This document shows positions 48,185 through 61,762 of a DNA stretch of 64,000 bases, piece after piece. The notes under the pieces were generated by a model, which saw only the letters and a program-made list of their open reading frames with translations, was not told the origin of the DNA and searched no databases. The stretch is from Azolla caroliniana. Taxonomy: Eukaryota > Plantae > Polypodiophyta. The number at the start of each line of letters is the position of its first letter. Position 1 is the first letter of the stretch. The stretch is from positions 19,530,001 through 19,594,000 of the forward strand of contig JBHGNT010000012.1 of NCBI GenBank assembly GCA_043228905.1, read 5' to 3'. Both the position numbers and the translations under genes were made by a program.

Positions 48185-49659
48185 TTTCAAAACCGATTTA
48201 CTCGAGCGAGACAAAGGGGAGTGGAATTTCGTGTGTAGGGATAAACTCGGGAGATTGAGGAAGCAATGAAGAAGTAATAAGAATCAAGCATCAGGCCCGC
48301 TCCTTATCGATAACCGCCAAATACAAGAGCATTATCCCATGCATAAAGTCCATGTTTACAAGAGATTCCATGTGAATCATGACAATAAACATGGAGTGCC
48401 AACTCATCAACAAAATCCCACAAGCCGTCATCAGCAAAACCATCTTCGTTAGTTGAGGTCCCCATTGTCTACCTCAACATTTCACTTGCACACACGAATT
48501 CTCGCAAGAACAACAAGTTCTTAACCGTCATACATTCACTTTTTGGCACCAATATTTCTTGAGAATGCACACTTGTCAGAGTTTTTTGGGAGCATAACCC
48601 TAGCATGTTGTGGTTTTTCTCGACTTTGTACGAACCTCACATCCTCACATGAGAACCTAGACAAGGGATCTTGGTGCCAACAAAACCTAACAACTTGTCT
48701 TTGCAATAATGAAGCTCCGGATAACATTATATTTATGTATTTTATTTATTCCCCAATTAGCAAGGGGCTGATTTGGAAAAATGGCTCTTGCTTTTACTTT
48801 GCAAAAGTAATGATGTATAATAGATGTACCATATTTACTAGGGCACATTAAACATCCTTGCAACTAAGCTACTATCACATGTTTTATATAACCCCCATCT
48901 CTCCCTTTTATAATGCTAGAAGGTTTACCTCTCTTTCTCCAATGAGGCAAATTGCACTCTCTCATACATTCTAGAGCTAATAATTTTTTAGGCCTCAAGA
49001 GCCTCAACATAAATATTGAAGACATTAATGCAAATTGCAAGAATGAAAGAACAATGAAGCATGAATGTAATATACCTTCAAATCCATGGGAATACATTTT
49101 TAAATCTTTCACGCATTCACATTAAAACCCCATTCACATTGTTTAGGAACATGAACGTAAAATACCTTCAAATCCATGGAAATACATTTTTAAATCATTC
49201 ACAGGTTCACATTGTTTAGGAAAGTTTTGGACATTATAACGTTTTTATGTATCCTCTAGCATTGTCAAATTTAGGGCAATGCATTGTTGGAAAGTTACTA
49301 ACTAATGAGATGAAATGTCAAGATGTCTTTTAAACTCAATTGGTGATGAAGGATTCGAACGAAAGAGGATATAGAGACATTAAAGAAATAAAATAATGAT
49401 GGATTTAGGTATTACTTCGAAGGGGAGAGGGGAGTTATTGGGTCAATAAATGATTAAAATCATTGTCAAGATAGGCTCAATTTTAGATATGTCAAAGGTG
49501 CTAGATAAGGACGATCTAAGGTATAAACTTTATGCTTTTTCTTTATTCAGAGAGCAATACTCCTCATAACCCAAGAGGTGTTAGATACGAATGATCCCCA
49601 CTCTTTACGCTTTTTGTTTATTCTATAAGGGCAATACTAGCCTTGAGAAAAGGACTCAA

Positions 49660-49980
49660 TATACCCAATCTTTTCTTTGCTTTGGTCCTAATGTTGTCTA
49701 CAAGGTTTCAAGCTAGGGAATCATCAAAAATTTTACTAAACTTTATCTAATAAAGTAACTTTAGGAGGGTTATCAAGTAAGGTTCTAAGATAAAGGAACC
49801 TTGAATCTTAAGCCTCCAGAAAATAGCTCGGTATATCCAATCTTTTCTTTACCTTGTTCCTAATGTTATCATCTACTAAGGTTTTAAGGTAGGAGAATCT
49901 TGGAAATTTATACCAAAGTTTATCTAGTAACGTTCCTTTAGGGAGGGTATCAAGTAAGGTTCTAAGATAGGGGACTCCAG
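49660..49980. repeat. Old tandem duplication, 2 x ~175 bp
   Basis: CCAATCTTTTCTTT and TATCAAGTAAGGTTCTAAGATA each occur twice. Confidence 0.7.
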
Positions 49981-52744
49981 AATATTTGTACAATGTTTTA
50001 TCTAATAAGGTTCCTCATAGGTGAGAATATAACATGAGCAAGGTAGCTTGTCCTATTTTCTTTTTATGAACGTATTCTGAAGGATAATTAAATGTTTGAA
50101 AATGCATCTCCAAGTTGCACATTTGGTACAAAATGAATGGGAATTGTTACATTGATGCATAATAGAAAAATGTAAAGGGGGCATGCAATTTTTTGTTGAA
50201 AACACATGTTATAGGCTAGAAATGGAAATAGGAAATTTGCACTAAAAAAGGAACAAATACATCGATACAGTTTCTCTTGGATTCGCTACATGTTTGTAGT
50301 TGTAATGCCTAAGAATGAGCAGCTATCTACTAAATTCATTACATATCGTGGGCGAGATCTAATAACGTCTAGGTGTGACATGCTTTTCATTTTCTATTAA
50401 TGTATTAATATATTATTAAAAGATATTTTATTGTGTGGTTATCTACTTGGCATGAATTGAAAGGAAATATTTCAAATTCAATGCATTAGGACTTGTCGTG
50501 ACCTACATCGTTTGAACTACTTTTTGCATCCCATGAGATAAAGAGTGAACGTATGTTACTTGATGTAGCTTCACATAGTCAACAAAGCTTACGGATAAAG
50601 CAAACCCAATTAGAATGCGTCGAGCATCTCTCTTATTCCCATTATTCTGACCATGTTTGTAACTGAGGATCTTAGACTTGGAGTTACTTGTGTTTAAATT
50701 AATACCAATCTAGATGAAGCAAAAGTGAGAGCATCATTTAGTGTCACGAGTTAGTAACAATTTCTTAGTTAAAAGGCTTTTGTGATGTTAAAGACAATGG
50801 CTTTGGATTAAAAGTTGAAAAATACAACCATCGTGGAAACCTGGGAAAGCAATGCATTAATGGGCTTCATTGAATACACATTTGGCGTCACCATAGGACC
50901 ACAAATAATGTGATGTTGTCTTAGCACTTTCCAGTAGTTGTATTAGGTTGATATCATTTTGCATTAAATGAAAGTGCATTTTGATCACTATTTTGTTAGT
51001 GCAATTATTGGGCGGTTTGTTTGCGGAACTTGTGTGTGCATTCCTAAAGGCGTTACAACACCACGTTTCCATCATAAACAATGAAAATTCATTACATCAA
51101 ACACATCCCAACCATAAAGGCAATAGTAACTTACCCCAAGTATAGGACTTAATGAACCACGGCCTTGTTGCAAGCGATGTTGTCAAAAGCAAGAGTCATG
51201 GTGTTGATGATCATGGCCTAATGATTAACTTACAAGTATACTTAACCTCCATTCAACTAAGGGTGTCTTCCTTATAACTATTTCAATTGTCTCAAACGTT
51301 GTTCACACTCATACCAATGTCTAGAGCCCCATATCCTAACACTTGTAATAGGTGGGACATTCCACTCCCTAATATAACATTGGCCTCAATGGCTTGGCCA
51401 ATTAGGTCCAAAGTGCCCATCCCCATATGATATTGGAATTGTCAATTGTAATTTAAAACAAAAATGTAATGAATGCATGATCCATGTATGGAACAATTGA
51501 ATTAGCTAAAGATTTGGACATAGACAACCTTATTAAGCCTTTGTGTGAACAATGTTGTGTGCTTGAATGCTTCTTCCACGTTGCTTGTTCTTCCAATTTG
51601 CTACCAAGGAAATATTTTTCATTCGTTGGTTTTCCCCTTTCCACGCTATGTCCCTTGACAACACATGAAATATTAGAATTTTGTAAGGTATGCATTTTTA
51701 TTTCCCTTGTCATCGGCATAGGCACAAGGTGATTGCTTTTTGGAACGTGCACAAATCAAATGGTTGATATATTAATGCTTGAGAAGGATATGAAGCTATT
51801 TAATTGTCTTCCGGAACATATAGGAATCCTACCATGTGGTCATAATGAATCACACTACATGTTGAACAATCAAACTCCTAAAAGGGTTTAGATAAGGGCA
51901 ACCTTCACATGTGTTGAGTGTGTTTGATGTTAGCTTCTATCTTGACTATTCTCTAAATTGCCATTTTTCAACCACATAACATGGTCATTCATTGTTTTTC
52001 CTTTCCACACGATGCCCTCTATTTTTGTAAAGAAAGACAACATCTACAAGCTAAGAAGGGACTATTCTTCATCCTCATAATTAACACATATGATATTCGC
52101 TTTTTGTGGAGTGTATACGTACAAGTCGGACATTAGGGGAAAGGATGTAATTATCGTAGTGGTGTTTTGGTAGTACTCGAGTTGGAAGGGCATGCGAATA
52201 ATATTTTGTGTAGGGATTATTTTTGTATAGTTGGTTATCATGGATATAATCTTCATGTCATGTGTTCCAATGCAGATCACTATATTTAGAGTGCATATCA
52301 AACACATATACTGAATGGGTGCCATCTCTCATATTGTGTGTTCAAATGTAGATTGCTTTATATTTGGAGTGCATACCATGAGTGCCATCGTCATGTCATG
52401 TGTTCTAATGCATATATCCAAAATGATGTGATGCGGCCTTTTCCCATTTGAAATGGGGGAAAAAGACACGTAAGAGTCCTATTCTAAATTGGGGGACATC
52501 CAAAGAGGAAACGAGTTGTAGCTTTTGGCTCGATGACAAACGAGTGCGGTTGAATAAGCAAGCAATTTGCGTAGGTTTTTGAGGATGCTCTCAAACACTG
52601 AAGATGAACACAGACAAAAGATTAGAGTAGTTGGGGGGTGGGGTGACAAGAGGAGAGACATGGAGTGGAGTGCAAGCAAAGCCAAGGGTTGTGGTTGGGG
52701 GGCAAGCTATGAAGTTTCCTAGGAAGCACACTTGCATGTTCTGG

Positions 52745-53560
52745 CCCACCACTAATGGGTCACCCGAAATGGGCCCACTATTGGGTTCCCAAAAGAAGGG
52801 GCATATACCTATGCCCAACCACTTATGGGGCTTCCAAATGGGACCATTGGGCTCCTTGATGTATAATGGGCCCACTCGGATCCAACACATCTCCCTGTGG
52901 CCAACACTAATGGGTTCCTTGATGAATGGGCCCATAGGGCTCCGACACATCTCCATGTGGCCAACACTAATGGGTTCCTTGATGAATGGGCCCACTCGGA
53001 TCCAACACATCTCCTTGTGGCCATCCCTAATGAATTGGGCCCCCACTTATGGGCTCTCCAAATGGGCCCATTGGGCTTCAACACATCTCCTTGATGGCCG
53101 CCCCTAATGGGCTTCCTGATTAATTGGGGCCCCACTTATGGGCTCTCCAAATGGGCCCACGGGGCTTCAACACATCTCCTTGATGGCCACCCCTAATAGC
53201 CCCCCCCCCCCTCCATGAATGGGCCCATTGTGGTCCAACACATCTCCTTGTGGCCACCGTAATGGGCTCCTCCCTGATGAATGGGCCTACTGGGCTCCAA
53301 CACATCTCCTTGTGGCCATCCCTAATGGGCTCCTCCTTGATGAATGGGCCTACTGGGCTCCAACACATCTCCTTGTGGCCATCCCTAATGGGCTCCTCCT
53401 TGATGAATGGGTCTACTGGGCTCCAACACATCTCCTTGTAGCCATCCCTAATGGGCTTCCTGATGAATTGGGGCCCCACTTATGGGCTCTCCAGATGGGC
53501 CCACTGGGCTTCAACACATCTCCTTGATGGCCACCCCTAATGGGGCTGGCCCCCAATGGG
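52745..53560. repeat. 60-63-bp GC-rich minisatellite (~10 units, with longer variant units) upstream of the DREB2 gene
   Basis: C(A/G)ACACATCTCC recurs about 10 times; unit TGATGAATGGGCCCACT..CAACACATCTCCTTGTGGCCATCCCTAATGGGCTCCT. Confidence 0.92.
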
Positions 53561-53788
53561 TTCTCCTCCCAAAAGAGGAGGCTCCAGGAGGGACATATGT
53601 ATAATGTGGGTTTCCCAGGAAGCTTCATGAGGCCTTCAACAAAAAGATACTTTTATGAATGAATAAATATCTTCTTCTTCTGAAGTATCTCTGAGTCCTT
53701 CTTTCTTCTTCTTCTTCTTCTTCTTTCTTCTTTCTTCTTCTTTCTTCTTCCTTCTTCTTCTTTCTTCTTTCTTCTTCCATATCTAGCT

Positions 53789-55396
53789 ATGGCGCCCCGC
53801 AGAACCAGAAGAACCTCGAAGCCCAGGCCCCACGGCTGCTCCTCTGTCGCCGAGATCCTCTGCTGGTGGGAGGATCGCAACAAGAAGCTCCTCCGATCAG
53901 ACCAAGGCAACGGCCCTTCTTCTTCTTCTTCTTCTTCGTCTCCTCCTCCTCCCATGGCTATGAACAAGGTGAGGAAACCCCCTGCCAAAGGCTCCAAGAA
54001 AGGGTGCATGAAAGGGAAAGGAGGCCCTGAGAATCCACGATGTAGCTATCGAGGGGTTCGTCAGAGAACCTGGGGTAAATGGGTAGCAGAGATCAGAGAA
54101 CCTAACAGAGGTGATCGGCTATGGCTTGGGACGTTCTCCACCGCTGAAGAAGCGGCCCTCTCTTACGACCAAGCTGCAAGAATCCTCTATGGCTCCTGTG
54201 CGCGTCTTAACCTTCCCCAAATCAGCTCTATCCCTAACCCTAGTAATGGAAGCTTCACGCTCCCTCATCTGTCTGCTATTTCTGGCAGTACTGCAAAGAC
54301 CATGGATATCTCAGACGTGAAGAAGACAAAGAACGAGGAGGCGCAGTTGAACAGTAATAGGATCTTTGTCATCCCTGATCTCTTTGATCATTCTAGAAGC
54401 AAAAGAGGAAAGATGGACACTTCAAACGAGGTCTGTATCAACGGTAATGGGAGCTTCATCATCTCTGATTTCCATAATCCTGCTCAATCGAATAATGGAG
54501 AAACCATGGATATTTCAGACAAAAAAGGCTGTATGAGCAGTGATGGAAGCTTCCTCACCCCTGAAAGTAATGAAAAAGATGTAATGGATTCATCGAACAA
54601 CATGGTCTGCATGAACAGTAATGGAAGCTTCGTCGTCGCTAACCATGATGGAGAAACGGTAACGGATTCATCAAACAGGTTCAGTATGAACAACAATGGA
54701 AGCTTCGTCATCCCTAACTGCAATGGAGAAACAGTAATGGACAACACATCAAGATTGATCATTGGTATTCCGCCAGTTAATCCGTTAATAAAGGAGGAGA
54801 AGACTGATCAGCATGCAGATATGGTTGGAAAGATTGATCATTATATGGATATGATGGTGACAGTTGAGAAGGTAGAGAAGATTGATGAGTATAACTCCGA
54901 CGATATAGAGAAGCCATGCGCGATCAATATGAAGTATAATGATGATGAAATACAGAATATGGAGGAGTGTATTGATGAGACAGAGAAACTGTATCAGATC
55001 TATGTGAAGGACAATGATCATGAAACATTCAATCCAAGCTCGACAGCCCGAGATTCTTCTCCTAATCCGTGGGAATGTTCTATTGATGACGAATATAATT
55101 CTAGCGAGCGATTCATAAATGGGGAGCTTTTAGGTCGCAAGATTCATGATTGGGAGTATTTCGATGCCGATGAGATGTTGAAGCTTCTAGGTGGAGAAGA
55201 ATGTGTCATTCGAGCAGAAACTGATGACATGTTGAAGCTTCTAGGTGGAGGAGAATGCATCATTCGTGAAGAAACGGATTCAGAAGAGGTATGTTGGGAA
55301 CTGTTGCTCAGTGCTAAGGATTTGGGTTCGGATATGCTCGGATCAATCAATGTAGACATGGGTGCGGATGAAATGGAAGCATATATCAGGTTCTAA
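53789..55396 (+). CDS. DREB2: AP2/ERF transcription factor, DREB2 (A-2) subgroup, 535 aa, intronless ORF
   Basis: [21 protein letters not shown] motif followed by the AP2 domain [48 protein letters not shown]; N-terminal SVAEILCWW; acidic C-terminus. Confidence 0.95.
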   Translation: MAPRRTRRTSKPRPHGCSSVAEILCWWEDRNKKLLRSDQGNGPSSSSSSSSPPPPMAMNKVRKPPAKGSKKGCMKGKGGPENPRCSYRGVRQRTWGKWVAEIREPNRGDRLWLGTFSTAEEAALSYDQAARILYGSCARLNLPQISSIPNPSNGSFTLPHLSAISGSTAKTMDISDVKKTKNEEAQLNSNRIFVIPDLFDHSRSKRGKMDTSNEVCINGNGSFIISDFHNPAQSNNGETMDISDKKGCMSSDGSFLTPESNEKDVMDSSNNMVCMNSNGSFVVANHDGETVTDSSNRFSMNNNGSFVIPNCNGETVMDNTSRLIIGIPPVNPLIKEEKTDQHADMVGKIDHYMDMMVTVEKVEKIDEYNSDDIEKPCAINMKYNDDEIQNMEECIDETEKLYQIYVKDNDHETFNPSSTARDSSPNPWECSIDDEYNSSERFINGELLGRKIHDWEYFDADEMLKLLGGEECVIRAETDDMLKLLGGGECIIREETDSEEVCWELLLSAKDLGSDMLGSINVDMGADEMEAYIRF

Positions 55397-55469
55397 CTGT
55401 GATCATGGATAATGGATTATTATGTGATGTGCAACAATCATGCCTGGAACAATCTAATACCAGAAAGCA

Positions 55470-55930
55470 GTTATATAGTCATGATGATGATGATGCACAA
55501 ATCTTGTCTCTGTAATTCGTTGAAGGCAGAATGCACAATGGCTACGATCATGATGTAACCTCGATGATAATATGGCTGTGATCATGATGCTATGTCGACA
55601 GGCTATGATGATAATGCATGCAGTTGTCATGATAAAGTCATCGAGCTGATGATGTGGTGGGGTAGGAGGATGTGATCTTTGCATGCTTGATTCCCAAGCT
55701 CTCTTTCTCGGATACATGGTGATGGTGATGGTGATTCTGATAACATCATGGTCATGGTCATGGTCATTCATGCCCCCAATGACTGATGATATTTGCATCA
55801 TGGTGATGGTCATGATGATGGATGATGGATGATGGGCGATGGTCATGGTGATAGTGATGGTCCTAATGGGTGATGATGATGGGTCATGGTCATTCATGGC
55901 CCCAATGACTGATGTTATTTGCATGATGTG
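55470..55930. repeat. ATG/GATGGT-rich low-complexity tract with a duplicated ~45-bp block
   Basis: TCATGGTCATTCATG(G)CCCCAATGACTGATG at ~55760 and ~55885. Confidence 0.7.
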
Positions 55931-58323
55931 TGTCTCATCCAATCGAGTCGAACCATCCCATCTGTGTTAGTAGGGCTCATAGTGTCGACGTAATTGTTAT
56001 AAAAGGAAAAGAAAGCTTGCTTTACAAGAGTTGGAAACCTTTCTAGTGATCAGAAGCAACGCAATTATCATGGTGTGCTTTGATAGCATTCAAAATTCTT
56101 TTAACAGCCATTGTTAGGCTTGCGATAGGAGACAACTTAAATGTGTTAAAGCTTGATCATGATCTTTGATAGCAATCAAATATATGGCCATTGTTGGGCT
56201 TGAGACACCAAACAACCACCACATTTTGCTAGTTTTAAAGCTTCACATGCGGTTCGAGCAGACACTTTAAAATTAGATGAGAATGTAAACCTTTTATGTG
56301 GGAACTTCTCAATTCATCTATATAATTTGAGCACAGAAAATGTTGTTTGCCAAGTTTACAATATGCTTCCCACAATTAGGGCTATGCATGTGAGTCAAAG
56401 GATTCACAAAACAAAATGTAATGTTAAGTTGTCGATAGAACTAATTTGAGGTTTCGCAAAAAAACGTGGAATTGTTAAGTTTGCCAATGGAATCAATTTG
56501 CTTGATTGTTTGGTGTGTATGTTATCCTATTATGTGCTAAGAGTATTCCTACTACCCCTAGGAAATCCTCTCAAGTGGCCCTATTATTTCATCCATATCG
56601 CGTCAGTATTTCTTCTAGCCTTGGGAAAACTTTCATCTAAATTGACGCATAAAATTGTCTACAATGCCATGTAACTTTGATCTTCCAAAATGCCCACATA
56701 CAATCTTCTTGTATTTCCTAACCTTCTTGTAAACAAATTGCCTCATTTGCATCGACAATGTATTTGTCACATCAAACTTCTCTTTAGTAGCCTTGGGTCA
56801 TTCTCAAAACATGTTCCGACACAAGGGTTAATTTACAATTCCTTCAACGAGGAACATGCCTTTTCACATGTTTGATCCTTTTTTATGTGAATTTTGTTTC
56901 CTTGGTATGAATAGCTTTGTTTGCACCTTACTACATGGTATTCGTGACTTGCTTCATACGTCCATGTGAAACCCTAATAATTCATATTTATGGCCTTCCT
57001 TCTCCATCCCACAGTGCACGTGTTTATTTGTTGTTTTACTTTACCTTTAACTTAGCATGATTTATTGCTTGATTTATTGTCTTTTGAATCTTTAGCCCTT
57101 GCCACACAAGCAACATCTTCAAAGTTTGTTGTCCAAAATAGACGTGATGAAAATCTCTCTCTCCTACGGATGGTGTTTGTTGTACACAAGAATATGTAAT
57201 TGGTATTGAGTTTCTTGGCTATGAGAAATCCACCAAACTATAAGCCCCCTTCATTAACATTGATAAGACACAAAAACGTGGAGACCACCAAAAGAGATAA
57301 GTCATTATCTTTGATGTAGGAAAGGGTGTTAGGGCATAAATATAGACACGTTTTGACTGTACATGTTTCAACCAAACAATTCACGAGTTTGAGTATTACC
57401 CTCTACCACCGTTCTCCACCTTCAACATCATTCAAGCTTGCTTTCCTTGACCCATATTTTGTGTCCCTCAATCTCAATTTGCACCCTCAAATCGCAACAT
57501 TGAGTAGTAAAATTCATGAACACTAAGATGAAAACTTGGTGATAAAGAGTAACACGCAAGTCACAAAAAACTATTTCTAATTATTTTAGAAAAACAAAGA
57601 ATGACCTCATGTCTAGAATATATATTGCGAAGTTCTCAATCGAGAGAGTAAATAACCAATGAGAATTTATCAAATGTCTAATAGATCTATCCATAAGACT
57701 TGTTACACACATCAATGAACTCTTATAATTCATAGCGTTTGCAAAAGCATCCAATAATTCAAATGATATGATTTGTGTGTATTCATAGCTAAAGTGCCCA
57801 AATATTTGCTCATACCACCGCATGATTTGATTGAAACAAATACTCTTCTTGTTCCTAAGACGATTCTTTGTTATATTGAAACTCGACCTACATATTTTCC
57901 TAGAAGATCTTGCATTCTTAGATAAATGTGCACAAAGGCATCTTGTCTTGAATATTTTTCGAATATTCTTAGCATTATCAAATTGGATAAATGATAAGGT
58001 TGACACCAACACAATTCTAGAAGTGTTTTGTTTTCTAAGAGTAAATACAATTTACTCGTACAGTTGAATTTGTTTGCCTTTATTCTCGAAAATGCACCTG
58101 TGTTTTCATTAAATACTAGCAGTCCCATGGTCAATTCACTATGTCGATAATGTTAGATGAGCTACTTATACATTTTCTACACGTTTTGGCAAGGGCATGT
58201 GGAGTTGCCGATTCCAACTATCATCCATGATGCATCTAACCTACAACCAATTGTGCACAAACCTACACAACACATCTTGTATTCATCCAAGCACGGGCCT
58301 TCCCTAAGACACATGTCTCGCTG

Positions 58324-58379
<56 letters not shown>

Positions 58380-58438
58380 CTTGGACTAGGCCCTATCTCA
58401 TAGATTGCAAGTTAAACCAACATCTGTCTATCTATCTC

Positions 58439-58527
58439 TTCTTGATTTGTGCTTGTCATCCTTGCATTAGTGGCCATGGTAATCTTCTATGTATAATTCC
58501 ACATCTATCAAATGTCCTCGAAGGGGC
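58439..58527 (-). pseudogene. U6: U6 snRNA pseudogene (3'-truncated)
   Basis: Minus strand GCCCCTTCGAGGACATTTGATAGATGTGGAATTATACATAGAAGATTACCATGGCCACTAATGCAAGGATGACAAGCACAAATCAAGAA aligns with plant U6; the ACAGAGA box and AGC triad are mutated. Confidence 0.9.
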
Positions 58528-58528
58528 A

Positions 58529-58584
<56 letters not shown>

Positions 58585-58937
58585 GAATGGGTAAATACCC
58601 CATTTTTGTTACAAACCAATTGTCTCATGGGCCAATTTTGGTCATAGAAGACGTTAATATATCTATCTTTCTTTCTTTCTCTCATGATTAATGGGGGCAA
58701 GTGGTTGTGAGCAACTTAGGTGGTAGCCACGATCATTGTTGCCTAATCGTTTGAGTGCTCGGGTGCGGAGAGTCCCGAAGGTGGCAATCGTAACACAACC
58801 CACTGTACAAAAAAGAGTACCGAAATTAGTGTTTCATCAATCTTCGTCCGTGACTACTACCCTACATTCCGCAAATGGCATCCAATAAATTAAGAGGAAA
58901 TTTGTATGGGGGGGGTAATAGAGAAGAAGAAAGAAAG

Positions 58938-59018
58938 AATCGGGGTTCGAACCCAAGACCTAAACGAGGCTAGTAGTAAGTAAGTAGTCTATGAACTTAT
59001 TATCACTAGGGCAAAGCG
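58938..59018 (-). other. Possible tRNA-derived Pol III A/B-box remnant
   Basis: Minus strand TTGCCCTAGTGA ... AGGTCTTGGGTTCGAACCCCG; no cloverleaf. Confidence 0.4.
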
Positions 59019-59303
59019 AATTACGAGTAAAAAACCAAAGAAAGAGGGGCAGGGGCATTTCGGGAATTACCAAGACCTGATCAGGGGTATTCTACGAATT
59101 ATATTTTCTTCTTCTTCTACTACTACTAGAGAGAGAGAAGAGAGAGATAGACAGAAACCCTTGCTTCTCCTCTCTTCTTCTTCTTCTTCTTCATCTTCTT
59201 CTGCGACTGTGCAGCGGCAGTAGCAAACAGACAGACAGACAGACAGTCAGACACAGAGAAAGAAAGAAGAAAGAAGTTCGAAATCTGAGATCGGACAGCT
59301 CCC

Positions 59304-61717
59304 ATGGCCGCCATTGAGCTCCCAGATCTCAGCACCCTCTCCGGTCTCAAGGACTTCGATCAGTTCCTCCTCTCTAAGACCTACATCTCCGGGTTCGTCG
59401 CTCTTCTTGCCTTTCTCCCTTCCTGTTTTCTGTTGTTTGTTTGTTTGTTTCCTGTGGTTTTTTTGTGTTTCTACGCCTTCTCCTTGAGCTTCTTTATCCA
59501 TCCGTTGAAGTTCATTCTTTATCATATCTTTTACGCCTGCGTTTCTTTTCTGCGCTTGGTGTATTGTTTTCTTCGTCTGGAGAAAAATGGAGCTTTCGTT
59601 CTGAATGTTATTAAGTTTGTACGTGTATTATCTGCGCGTTTGAGGTGTTCTTCTTGTATTGTTTTCTTCTCTGAAGCAAAATGCAGCTTTTGTTCTGAAT
59701 ATTCAATGTGCGTGTGCGTGTATTTTCTGCGAATTTCAGGTGTTCTTCCTGGATATGTAATTCTTGCTGTACTCTCGATCTAGCTTGTAGGATTTCGTTT
59801 TTCTATTATTGTTTAGATGGATTAGACTTTTCAATTAAACAGCCATTTTTATGAAGTGAAACATGTCATCTTCTCCATGCCCGTCGTTTTCTCTGTTTTT
59901 CATCGTCTCCTTTCTGAAGTGTATACGCTTTTTTCATCTGTTTAAATGAATGTTCTTCGTGTCTTGTAGAAAAAAGACGCGTTTTGTGCGTTTTCTGAGT
60001 GTTTTTGGGGTTCTCTCTTTGAAAATGTATGCTTGCTAGGATTGTTGAACCATTCGCTCCTCTTGTACATGCGTATACATGGATACTATTCTCTGTGTTA
60101 TTTCTCTGCTGATTATTTCTTTCACCCTTCGGAAAGTACAATACCTGAAATCCAGTATTCCATGTCTAAACATGTAATGCTATTTCTGTCCATAGTGGGA
60201 ACCTGGCTATCTGTGCAAGTTTGGATCATGCCATATATTGGTGCTGAGCTAATAATCTATATGGCTGTCTTAGCACTATTACTTGGTGTGGTTTTTTATC
60301 GTCTAATTTCATGTTCATTTTATTACTTTTTAATTTCGTTTCTGTTTTTCAGTGATCAACCTTCAAAGGATGATGTTGAGGCGTTCTGTGCTTTTCCACA
60401 AGCTCCGAGTGCTGACCTTGCAAATGTATCACGATGGTACAATCAGATCTCAGCGTCGCTTCAGAAATAGTAAGTTACAGACTGTTCGGAATCTCTTCAC
60501 ATATGCAGTCTGCCTATGCACAAGATTCTAATATGTTACATTTATACTCTTATGAGAATAGTGATGATTAGCTACAAATATTTACTGTGTAAAGTTATTA
60601 TTCTTTTATGGCAGAGTCTGGATATTGAAAGAATTTGTACCTAGTATGCAAAACGAATATTAACGCTTCTTTCTTCAACATGACTATTTTTTCTCTTCCA
60701 GTTTTCCTGGTAAATCAGTTGGTGTGAAGATTGCTGGATCTCATGTAGTTCAACCCAAGGAATCCTCTAATGGAACTGAGGCCGCTGCTCCAACAGAGGT
60801 ATGCATTAGTGAATCTAGTATCTTTCCTGCTGGAAAGCAGATTTGTTATTGAATTTGAGGTCAAGTATACTAAAGCATTGAAAGATATTTAAATATTGAA
60901 AGCAATATTTTAAATGCTTGTGGATATTTAAATGATGGTAGATTGCTAAGGCACATGTGATCTTGAATTTCAATTCAACTCCAGGCTGTGGATGATGATG
61001 ATGATGACTTGGATCTCTTTGGTGAGGAAACTGAAGAGGAAAAGAAAGCCTCTGCTGAACGAGAGGCTAAGAAAGCTGCATCTGGGAAGAAGAAAGAAAG
61101 TGCGTAGTTTTAAAGACAAGAACTCATTTCTTGAGCTTATTTTCTCATAACCACTTATACTTCGAGCTTATTTGCTTGTAACAATCATAAATGTGAAGTT
61201 ATGTTCTTCATTAGGTGGAAAGTCTTCTGTTCTTTTGGATGTTAAGCCGTGGGACGATGAAACTGACATGGTTAAGCTTGAAGAGGCAGTTCGCAGTGTT
61301 GAGATGCCTGGTCTTTTTTGGGGTGCATGTAAGTAGGGTTTAAATCATGCTTATTAAATCATGCTTTTATCTTTGTTATCTAAAATTTTTCTTGTTTAGT
61401 TAGTTTTTTATTTCTGTATTGTTTGTTGATGCGGTTCCTGTTCTTTGTGCAGCAAAGCTCGCTCCTGTTGGATATGGAATCAAGAAGCTAGTGATAATGA
61501 TGACAATTGAAGATGATCTAGTTTCTGTGGACAACCTCATTGAGGACTATCTGCTTGAGGAGCCTCGAAACGAGTTCATTCAGAGCTGTGACATTGTCGC
61601 TTTTAACAAGATTTGTAAGAATTCTTCATTTTTTATTGGTTGTGACAGTGAAGGACTCATGTTTGTGTTTATACTGGGGATTATGTGTCTGATATATGTT
61701 GTTTGTTTTTTGCAGAA
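59304..61717 (+). CDS. EF1B: Translation elongation factor 1-beta (eEF1B alpha type), 231 aa; exons 59304-59392, 60353-60469, 60702-60798, 60985-61099, 61215-61328, 61453-61614, 61716-61717
   Basis: All introns GT-AG and phase-consistent (696 nt). Motifs [68 protein letters not shown]. The TAA stop is split by the last intron. Confidence 0.96.
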
Positions 61718-61762
61718 ATTGGTGTGGTCATGTTGAATGAAACATGTTAGGGATGCCGGCCT

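Noticed and set aside
48190-52400. Degenerate LINE or DNA-transposon coding remnants (also 41300-42900 and 56500-58100)
   Set aside because: Probably old repeats, but no motif could be identified by eye.
52591-53628. Repeat-protein ORFs on both strands
   Set aside because: They are translations of the 60-63-bp minisatellite, open in several frames, with no domain.
55454-55942. His/Met/Ile-rich 162-aa ORF
   Set aside because: By-product of ATG/CAT low-complexity sequence downstream of DREB2.
59155-59162. Telo-box in the EF1B leader
   Set aside because: AAACCCTT is one mismatch from AAACCCTA and too short to call.
59304-59783. 159-aa membrane protein
   Set aside because: EF1B exon 1 reading into a T-rich intron; the same applies to 60033-60470 and 61419-61736.
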